Assembly (NCBI GenBank): GCA_037444845.1
Contig: JBBILQ010000008.1
Coordinates: forward strand, 385-64,384
DNA: 64,000 nucleotides
Direction of reading: 5' to 3'
From: Candidatus Aminicenantes bacterium
GTDB lineage: Bacteria > Acidobacteriota > Aminicenantia > Aminicenantales > UBA8522
Each line of letters opens with the position of its first letter. Positions within the stretch are counted from its first letter, which is position 1. This document shows, piece by piece, positions 56,545 through 64,000 of this stretch. The notes under the pieces are model-generated. The model saw only the letters and a list, made by a program, of their open reading frames with translations, made no database searches and had not been told where the DNA came from. A program made the translations under genes and the position numbers.

Positions 56545-59181
56545 ATGCCCAAGGACAATCTGACCACTCCGATGATGGTGCAGTACCTGCGCATCAAAAA
56601 GCGCTTTCCCGATGCTATCCTTTTTTTCCGGCTGGGTGATTTTTACGAGATGTTCTACGAGGATGCGCAGATAGCCTCGCCGATTTTAGAGATCGCCCTG
56701 ACCTCCCGCCAGAAAGTACCGATGTGTGGAGTTCCTTATCATGCTGTGAACTCCTACCTGGCAAAGCTTCTTAAGCAAGGTTTCAAGGTGGCCGTCTGCG
56801 AGCAGGTCGAAGACCCCAAGGCGGCCAAAGGGGTGGTCAAGCGCGAAGTGGTCAAAGTCCTGACCCCCGGGACGGCCATCGAGGTCGAGCTCGAGAGCGC
56901 GAAGGAAAACGTCTTCATCGCCGGCCTGCACCTGGACAAAGAAGGCTGGGGACTGGCTCTCATCGACCTGGCTTCTGGAGGAATAAACGCAACAGAAGGA
57001 CGAGTCGATGAGATGAAAATCCTTGCCGACGAATTCTTTCGCGCCGCGCCCAAGGAGGTCGTCTTTGCCGAAGGCCAGGAAGAAAGGGTTGACTCCCTCG
57101 CCGCTCGCAGCACCGTGCCTGTTTTTCTCAAGAGCCCTGTCGAGAGCTGGACGTTTGACTTGGCTCACGCAGAAAACGAGCTCAAGAATCATTTCAAGGT
57201 GTCTTCCCTGGCCGCGTTCGGTCTGGAGGACAAAAACAGGGCCGCCACAGCGGCCGGAGCCCTCCTCTATTATCTCAAAAAAATAAGGAAAGATTCTCTG
57301 GCCCTTGTCGGGCGACTTTCTTATTTTCACTCCAGCCAGGCGATGATGCTCGACGCCACGGCCATCAAGAACCTGGAGGTGTTGAGAAACCTCAGGGATG
57401 GGAGGGTTAAGGATTCGCTCCTCGATACAATTGACTACACGGTGACATCGATGGGGGGGAGGCTGCTCAAGGCCTGGCTCCTCCATCCTCTCCTTGCGAG
57501 CGCCGCGATTCAGGAGCGGCTCGATGCGGTCGAGGAATGGATCAAGCAACCCGTGGAGAGGCAAGAACTTCGGGAGAGCCTCAAGGGCATCCTCGACCTC
57601 GAGCGCCTGACAGGAAAGATATCCCTGGCCGCAGCCCATCCACGCGATTTCATTGCTCTCAAGAGATCGCTTCTTCCGCTGCCGAAAATAAAAAGTTTGC
57701 TGACCCCGCTTGTGTCCCGATTGAACGCCGATATTTTCTGCCAGTGGGATAACGGCCAAGATATTGTCGAGCTCATTGACAGGGCGATCATGGATGAGCC
57801 GGCTTTCCTGCTGACCGAAGGCGGCATCATAAAGGACGGCTACGACGGGGAACTCGATGGCCTGAGGGAGATCAGCCGGTCTGTCAAGACGGTCATCTCG
57901 CTTCTCGAGAAAAAAGAGCGAGAGAGGACGGGCATCTCTTCGCTCAAAGTCCGGTACAACAAAGTCTTCGGCTATTATATCGAGGTCACAAGACCCAACC
58001 TGCCTCTGGTGCCTCCCGATTACATGAGAAAACAGACTCTGGTGAGCTCGGAGAGGTTTCTCACGCCGGAGCTCAAGGACTATGAGGAAAAAGTCCTGAC
58101 CGCCGACGAAAAGATATCCGCGCTCGAGCTTCGGCTTTTTGTCGAGGTCAGGGAGAAGATTGCCAGCGAGACGGAAAGGCTTCAGCGCATCGCGGCGGCC
58201 GTTTCACGGCTCGATGTCCTGTCTTCCCTGGCTGAGCTGGCCGCTCAAAGGAATTATCGCCGTCCTCTCGTTGATGATGAAGACAGGATTTTGATCCGGG
58301 AAGGGCGACATCCCGTCATTGAAAAAACCACTGGCGAGCCGTTCATCCCCAACGACACCTTGCTCGACCGGGGTGAAAATCAGATCTTGATTGTGACCGG
58401 GCCGAACATGGGAGGAAAATCAACATACCTCAGGCAGGTGGCGCTCATATGCATCCTGGCTCAGGCGGGCTCTTTTGTGCCTGCCGCAGAGGCGAAGATC
58501 GGGGTTGTCGACCGCATCTTTACGCGGATCGGAGCGATGGACTTCTTGAATGTCGGTCAGTCAACCTTCATGGTCGAGATGTTAGAGACGGCCAACATCT
58601 TGAACAACGCCACTTCTCGCAGCCTCATCCTTCTCGATGAGATCGGCCGGGGGACGAGCACTTTCGATGGGCTGAGTATCGCCTGGGCAGTGGCCGAGTA
58701 TCTCCATGAGAGAGAAGACATTCTGCCAAAAACCCTTTTTGCCACTCATTATCATGAACTGACGGACCTGGCCCTGACCATGAAGCGGATAAAGAACTGC
58801 CACGTCTCGGTTAAGGAATGGAAGGACGACATCGTCTTCCTCAGGAAAATTATCCCAGGCCCCTCTGATCAGAGCTACGGTATTCATGTCGCCAAACTCG
58901 CCGGTATCCCTCGGTCGGTCATCGAGAGGGCCAAGGAAGTTCTTTTCAACCTGGAGAAGCTCGAACTCGACGAGAGCGGCCTGCCCCGCCTTGCCTATCG
59001 ATCAAGGCGCAAAAGGGATAAAGCCCAGCTCCTTCTTTTCAAGGAGGAGAGGGAGCAGGAGAAGCTCCGGGAAATCAGGGAGGAGATCGACTCCTGTGAC
59101 CTCTCTCAGTTGACCCCCCTTGAAGCTCTCAATTTTTTGAATGAGCTAAAAGAAAAATTCAAGGAATTCGGCCGGGAATAA
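56545..59181 (+). CDS. mutS: DNA mismatch repair protein MutS
   Basis: TPMMVQY, RLGDFYEMF, GPNMGGKSTY, STFMVEM, DEIGRGTST, ATHYHEL, SYGIHVA. Confidence 0.97.
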   Translation: MPKDNLTTPMMVQYLRIKKRFPDAILFFRLGDFYEMFYEDAQIASPILEIALTSRQKVPMCGVPYHAVNSYLAKLLKQGFKVAVCEQVEDPKAAKGVVKREVVKVLTPGTAIEVELESAKENVFIAGLHLDKEGWGLALIDLASGGINATEGRVDEMKILADEFFRAAPKEVVFAEGQEERVDSLAARSTVPVFLKSPVESWTFDLAHAENELKNHFKVSSLAAFGLEDKNRAATAAGALLYYLKKIRKDSLALVGRLSYFHSSQAMMLDATAIKNLEVLRNLRDGRVKDSLLDTIDYTVTSMGGRLLKAWLLHPLLASAAIQERLDAVEEWIKQPVERQELRESLKGILDLERLTGKISLAAAHPRDFIALKRSLLPLPKIKSLLTPLVSRLNADIFCQWDNGQDIVELIDRAIMDEPAFLLTEGGIIKDGYDGELDGLREISRSVKTVISLLEKKERERTGISSLKVRYNKVFGYYIEVTRPNLPLVPPDYMRKQTLVSSERFLTPELKDYEEKVLTADEKISALELRLFVEVREKIASETERLQRIAAAVSRLDVLSSLAELAAQRNYRRPLVDDEDRILIREGRHPVIEKTTGEPFIPNDTLLDRGENQILIVTGPNMGGKSTYLRQVALICILAQAGSFVPAAEAKIGVVDRIFTRIGAMDFLNVGQSTFMVEMLETANILNNATSRSLILLDEIGRGTSTFDGLSIAWAVAEYLHEREDILPKTLFATHYHELTDLALTMKRIKNCHVSVKEWKDDIVFLRKIIPGPSDQSYGIHVAKLAGIPRSVIERAKEVLFNLEKLELDESGLPRLAYRSRRKRDKAQLLLFKEEREQEKLREIREEIDSCDLSQLTPLEALNFLNELKEKFKEFGRE

Positions 59182-59206
59182 ATGACATTCCGGCGGATAC
59201 GTTTCT

Positions 59207-59539
59207 TCAGTAGGAGTCTGATTCGTCCTCGACGTCGAGTTCTTCCTCTTCCTCCTCCTCGTAGTCTTCCTCATAAGCGTGCTCCTCCTCTTCGTAAGGA
59301 GCTTCGCCGGTCTCTTCCTTGCGCTGCTCTAAGGCCATGTCAAACTCGTCTCTGTCCTCGTAACGGCGCAAGTAATTGGCTGCCGAGTCGCTGTAGCAAA
59401 GCTCAAGATAGTCGTCCTCGATAATGCAAAAAATGGACATGCTGTGGCCGGTCTGGAGATTCCCGACTGTCTCCACTACTTCCGCCTTCTTCTTGAGGGC
59501 ATCCAACGTCAGCCAGCTCATGATTTCAATCTCTTCCAT
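59207..59539 (-). CDS. Small highly acidic hypothetical protein
   Basis: 110 codons, GGAG RBS, ordered-looking N-terminus and E/D/Y-rich tail. Confidence 0.7.
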   Translation of the reverse strand: MEEIEIMSWLTLDALKKKAEVVETVGNLQTGHSMSIFCIIEDDYLELCYSDSAANYLRRYEDRDEFDMALEQRKEETGEAPYEEEEHAYEEDYEEEEEEELDVEDESDSY

Positions 59540-59657
59540 GACCCACTCCGAAGAAATTAAAGGAAGTTTTTTGTTAATTGTCAAGAGAAATATTTTTCCG
59601 CTTTTCTTCCCTTAACGGGGAGTTTTTTGGCATACTTATAGGAAGGAGCATGAGAAC

Positions 59658-62252
59658 ATGAGAGGGGATAAATTCACCGTGATGTCGCAGGAAGCCTTTC
59701 ACTTGGCCCAGAGGAAAGCGGAAGACCTGGGCCACCAGGAGGTGAGACCCGAGCACCTGCTGTGGGCCTTCCTCAGCCAGGAAGAAAACGTTGTCCCGGC
59801 TGTGCTCGCCAAACTCGGCGCCAACCCGGCGAAGATCCGACGCGATCTCGAAGAAGCGCTGGCCAAGATGCCCAAGGTGCACGGCGGGGAAGTCTACCTT
59901 TCCTCATCGTTGCGCCAGGTCATGAATGAAGCGCAAAAAGAAGCAGACAAATTGAAGGATGAATATATTTCAACTGAACATCTTCTTATGGGCATGCTCA
60001 AGGCTATGTCGGGCCAGGCCGGACGCATTCTCGAGGCGAACGGCGTGAGCGAAGACGCCGTGATGAAGGCTCTGGCCTCGATTCGAGGGACACAGCGGAT
60101 TACAGACCCCCAGCCCGAGGGCAAATACCAGGCGCTCGAGAGGTATGCTCGAGAGCTCACAGAGTTGGCTGGCCAGGGAAAACTGGATCCGGTCATCGGC
60201 CGCGAGGAGGAAATCCGGCGTGTCATCCAGGTTCTGTCGCGCCGCACCAAGAACAACCCCGTGCTCATTGGCGAAGCAGGGGTTGGGAAAACGGCTGTCG
60301 TTGAAGGGCTGGCTCAGCGGATTGCCAATGGAGATGTGCCGCAATCTTTGAAGAACAAACGGCTCATCGCCCTGGATATCGGGGCCCTGGTGGCCGGCAC
60401 AAAATACAGGGGAGAATTTGAAGACAGGCTTAAAGCGATTCTCAAGGAAATCAAGGAGGCGGGCGGAGGGATCGTCCTGTTCATCGACGAGCTGCACACG
60501 ATTGTCGGCGCGGGCGCCGCTGAAGGAGCCGTAGATGCCTCGAACATGCTCAAGCCGGCTTTGGCCAGGGGAGAGCTCCGCTGTGTGGGGGCGACCACCC
60601 TCAATGAATACAAGAAGTATATCGAAAAGGACGCTGCTCTGGAGCGCCGGTTCCAGCCCGTCTTCGTGGACGAGCCATCGGTCGAGGAGACGATTTCCAT
60701 CCTCCGCGGTTTGAAGGAGAAATACGAGCTCCACCATGGTGTAAAGATCAAGGATTCGGCCCTCGTGGCCGCGGCCACTCTTTCCAATCGCTACATTTCC
60801 GGGCGCTACCTGCCCGACAAGGCTATCGACCTTATCGACGAGGCCGCCTCACGCATCCGGATTGAAATCGACAGTATGCCGGAGGAAATAGACGAGTTAG
60901 AGCGCCGCATCCTCCAGCTTGGAATCGAGAGGCAGGCTCTCAAGAAAGAAAATGACGCCGCTTCCCGGGAGCGGCTGGATAAGCTGAATCAGGAGCTGGC
61001 CGAGCTTGGAGAAAGAAGCGCTTTCCTGAAAGCCCGCTGGCAGAAAGAAAAGGACCTGATCGAGGCCATGAACAAGCTCAAGGAAAAGCAGGACGGCCTT
61101 AAGGTAGAGGAACAGAACGCCGAGCGCCGAGGGGACCTGGAAAAAGCGGCAGAAATTCGTTACGGGAAGCTCATTGAAATCGCCAATGAGATGGACAAGA
61201 TATCGAACGAGCTGGAAGAAGTTCAAGAAAAAGGGAAAATGCTCAAGGAAGAAGTGGACGAAGAGGATGTGGCCGAGGTCGTGTCGCGCTGGACGGGCAT
61301 TCCCGTATCCAAAATGCTCGAGGGAGATGTCGAGCGGCTGATCAAGATGGAAGAGAGTCTTCGGAAGAGAGTCGTCGGTCAAGACCATGCCCTGAGGACA
61401 GTCTCTGACACGATCAGGAGGGCACGGGCGGGAATCCAGGACGCGGCCCGGCCTTTGGGGTCGTTCATTTTCCTCGGACCGACCGGGGTGGGGAAGACAG
61501 AGCTGGCCCGGGCTCTGGCCGATTTTCTTTTTGACGATGAAAGAGCCATGGTCAGGCTTGATATGTCAGAATACATGGAAAAGCACACCGTTTCCCGTCT
61601 CATCGGCGCGCCACCCGGGTATGTTGGCTACGAGGAAGGAGGCCAGCTGACCGAAGCCATCAAGCGTCGTCCTTACTCGATCGTCCTTCTCGATGAGATC
61701 GAAAAGGCACATCCCGATGTCTTCAACATCCTCCTCCAGATTCTGGATGACGGCCGGCTGACCGACGGGAAGGGCAGGACGGTTGATTTCCGGAACACCA
61801 TCATCATCATGACCTCGAACCTGGGCAGCAGCGAGATCAAGGAATTCAGCCAGGACTATGAGACGATGGAACATGAGGTCAAGAAAATCCTGGAGAGCTC
61901 GTTCCGCCCGGAATTCCTCAACCGCATCGACGAGGTCGTCATCTTTAGAGCTCTGGACAAAGGATCTCTGCTCAAGATTGTCGATATCCAGATTGAGCAA
62001 CTGCGGCGGAGGCTGGAGGAGAGGAAAATCAGGGTTGACGTCAGCCAGAAAGCCAAAGAACTTCTGGCTGAGAGAGGTTATGACCCGGTCTACGGTGCCC
62101 GGCCCCTAAAAAGGACAATTCAGCAGGATATTCAAAATCCGTTGGCTCTTCAGCTTTTAGAAGGAGTTTTCAGAGAGGGCCAGACGATCCGCATCGAAGT
62201 TGATAAGGGCAAGATTTTTATTTTTAAAAAAACGCTGCCCCCGGCATCATGA
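59658..62252 (+). CDS. clpB: Chaperone ClpB
   Basis: Two AAA modules ([16 protein letters not shown]), middle coiled-coil domain, GYVGYEEGG. Confidence 0.96.
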   Translation: MRGDKFTVMSQEAFHLAQRKAEDLGHQEVRPEHLLWAFLSQEENVVPAVLAKLGANPAKIRRDLEEALAKMPKVHGGEVYLSSSLRQVMNEAQKEADKLKDEYISTEHLLMGMLKAMSGQAGRILEANGVSEDAVMKALASIRGTQRITDPQPEGKYQALERYARELTELAGQGKLDPVIGREEEIRRVIQVLSRRTKNNPVLIGEAGVGKTAVVEGLAQRIANGDVPQSLKNKRLIALDIGALVAGTKYRGEFEDRLKAILKEIKEAGGGIVLFIDELHTIVGAGAAEGAVDASNMLKPALARGELRCVGATTLNEYKKYIEKDAALERRFQPVFVDEPSVEETISILRGLKEKYELHHGVKIKDSALVAAATLSNRYISGRYLPDKAIDLIDEAASRIRIEIDSMPEEIDELERRILQLGIERQALKKENDAASRERLDKLNQELAELGERSAFLKARWQKEKDLIEAMNKLKEKQDGLKVEEQNAERRGDLEKAAEIRYGKLIEIANEMDKISNELEEVQEKGKMLKEEVDEEDVAEVVSRWTGIPVSKMLEGDVERLIKMEESLRKRVVGQDHALRTVSDTIRRARAGIQDAARPLGSFIFLGPTGVGKTELARALADFLFDDERAMVRLDMSEYMEKHTVSRLIGAPPGYVGYEEGGQLTEAIKRRPYSIVLLDEIEKAHPDVFNILLQILDDGRLTDGKGRTVDFRNTIIIMTSNLGSSEIKEFSQDYETMEHEVKKILESSFRPEFLNRIDEVVIFRALDKGSLLKIVDIQIEQLRRRLEERKIRVDVSQKAKELLAERGYDPVYGARPLKRTIQQDIQNPLALQLLEGVFREGQTIRIEVDKGKIFIFKKTLPPAS

Positions 62253-62409
62253 GCCCGCCGTGTTCGAGCAAAGGCAAGAAGCCAAGGGCCGGCGTGTTAA
62301 AAGGAGAAAAAGAATGAAAGAAGACGTTCGAAATGCCATCGAAACGGAGTTTTGATTGACAAGTCTTTCTGGAATATAATAATCATATAAAAATTGTAAG
62401 GAGGTTCGA

Positions 62410-63723
62410 ATGATCAAGAAATTGACGGCGTTAGTCGTTCTAACGCTTTTCTTTGGCTTGAGCTCCCTCGCTCTGGCCAACGGGTTGAACCTCAACAGCC
62501 TGGGCAGCCGGGCCCTGGCCATGGGCGGTGCGTTTGTCGGGCTGGCCGACGATTACAGCGCCATTTTCTGGAACCCGGCCGGGATGACGCATTTTTCGAC
62601 CACATATTTCGGGTTTTACGGGACGGACGTGATTCCTTCTGGCAGTTACAAGCTCCAGGTTCCCACTCAGTTGGGACTCGTGACGCTGGTCGACGCAAAA
62701 ACCGAGGCGAAGCATTACCTTTCCGGCCTGGCTGCTTATTATCATCCGATCAACGAGTATGTAGTGGCGGGAATCGGGGTTTATGTTCCGTCGGGCCTGG
62801 GAGCAGCCTGGGATGGCAACGATTTCACGGCAGTGTCTGGCAAAGCTGCCTACCAGTGGGAATCCCGGATCGGCCTCGTGACCGTTGCCCCGGCCATCGC
62901 TTATAAAATCAACGACATGGTTTCTGTGGGCGCTGCTCTGAACATCAATTACGGCATGTTTTCCCTAAAGACACACGCGGGAACGGCAAGACCTCCCCAG
63001 GTGCCTGTCGAGTTAGACCTTGGCCAGTACGAAGACAATCTTAAAGGCTGGGGTTATGGGGCCACGCTTGGAGTTCACGTCAAGGCCAACGAGATGCTCA
63101 GCTTTGGTGCAACCATCCGGACGCCCAGCAGGATCAAATTCAGCGGGGAGTCGATCATCTCCAACCTCGACCTGCTGGGCCTCAAGGAGAAATCCGATTC
63201 TGAACGGGACGTCACCTGGCCCTGGTGGATTGCCGGGGGAGTTGCCTTCCGGCCGATAGAAGGTCTGATTCTGACTGGCGATCTGCAGTGGACTCAGTGG
63301 AGCTCAATCAACGAAATTGAAACGAAATACATCGATCCGTTCTGGAGTCTCTTTATGACTGCTTCTGGCCGAAATGTTCAGCCGATGAAATGGGAAGACA
63401 CGTTGCAGCTCCGGTTCGGAGCGGAATACATGTTCCGGGAAAACCTTGCCCTTCGAGGCGGGTATTATTATGACCCGACGCCAGCGCCCAACAAAACTCT
63501 GAATGTACTTCTCCCGAGTTACACTTTTAATGCTTTTACGCTGGGCATGGGATATAACTTGAACGGGCTGGCCATCGACTTCGGGTTCGAGGTTCTCTTA
63601 GGCAAGCAGCGCGAAGTCGACTATGCCAAGGTGCTTTATGACCCGGCCTTCGAATCGGCGCAACCCGGCATCTATAAGATGAAGATCTACGTTCCCAATA
63701 TTTCCATCAGCTACAAGTTCTGA
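62410..63723 (+). CDS. FadL/OmpP1 family outer-membrane protein
   Basis: ANGLNL, RALAMGGA, DYSAIFWNPAG, C-terminal YKF. Confidence 0.88.
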   Translation: MIKKLTALVVLTLFFGLSSLALANGLNLNSLGSRALAMGGAFVGLADDYSAIFWNPAGMTHFSTTYFGFYGTDVIPSGSYKLQVPTQLGLVTLVDAKTEAKHYLSGLAAYYHPINEYVVAGIGVYVPSGLGAAWDGNDFTAVSGKAAYQWESRIGLVTVAPAIAYKINDMVSVGAALNINYGMFSLKTHAGTARPPQVPVELDLGQYEDNLKGWGYGATLGVHVKANEMLSFGATIRTPSRIKFSGESIISNLDLLGLKEKSDSERDVTWPWWIAGGVAFRPIEGLILTGDLQWTQWSSINEIETKYIDPFWSLFMTASGRNVQPMKWEDTLQLRFGAEYMFRENLALRGGYYYDPTPAPNKTLNVLLPSYTFNAFTLGMGYNLNGLAIDFGFEVLLGKQREVDYAKVLYDPAFESAQPGIYKMKIYVPNISISYKF

Positions 63724-63784
63724 GCGGGTCGCAGAAATAGACATTGCTTTTCGATTGTGCCTTTTTTCCTGAGAGGGAAGGTCT

Positions 63785-64000
63785 ATGAGTGTCAGAAAAG
63801 CCATCATTCCGGCGGCTGGGTTCGGGACGCGTTTTCTTCCGGCCACCAAGGCCATGCCGAAAGAGATGATCCCTGTCATCGACAAGCCCTTGATCCAGTA
63901 CACGGCCGAGGAGGCGGCGGCGAGCGGAATCAGCGAGATCGCCGTGATCACGAGCCGGGGGAAAGCGGCGCTCGAGGACCATTTCGATAGGAGCCCCGAG
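63785..64000 (+). CDS. galU: UTP--glucose-1-phosphate uridylyltransferase (partial)
   Basis: [39 protein letters not shown]...LEDHFD; runs off window end. Confidence 0.93.
   Translation, partial: MSVRKAIIPAAGFGTRFLPATKAMPKEMIPVIDKPLIQYTAEEAAASGISEIAVITSRGKAALEDHFDRSPE

Noticed and set aside
59240-59300. GAG/GAA trinucleotide-rich tract as a tandem repeat element
   Set aside because: Explained by the poly-Glu coding tail of the acidic protein.
1-64000. CRISPR array, rRNA, tRNA, integrase, prophage or full transposase
   Set aside because: I saw no regularly spaced direct repeats, cloverleaf or rRNA signatures, or matching protein motifs by eye. A tRNAscan/Rfam run would be needed to exclude small RNAs.

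Overview
A 64-kb chromosomal window from a diderm, GC-moderate bacterium. Gene content and style suggest an anaerobic peptide/amino-acid fermenter such as Ca. Aminicenantia (Acidobacteriota); this is inference, no marker gene is present. I found no rRNA, tRNA, CRISPR array, prophage or full-length transposase. The left two thirds hold peptide and amino-acid scavenging genes (M16 pair, POT transporter, C69 dipeptidase, DppA, HtrA, NSS/AGCS/GltS symporters, divergent class IV aminotransferase), a GH29 fucosidase, signalling proteins and small envelope/lipid genes. The right third is housekeeping: hslVU, fsa/tal, acyl-CoA carboxylase, tamB-Omp85-SurA-like, fabD, pgsA, mutS, clpB, fadL-like and partial galU. 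Best observations: (1) an in-frame Maf-RlmD fusion; (2) a radical SAM + VTT/DedA + Aur1-like PAP2 operon, a candidate lipid-modification system; (3) a GNAT-DUF2156-truD operon with a truncated truD; (4) two MITE-like elements sharing a GC-rich internal motif, one nested in a REP-like hairpin; (5) several intergenic gene remnants missed by the ORF track (Rrf2 half, TolC/RND chimera, penicillin-acylase tail, TrkA-C tail); (6) a GT-C-like membrane protein with an inserted carbohydrate-binding-like domain; (7) a very acidic small protein between mutS and clpB. All family assignments come from motif recognition by eye, not database searches.
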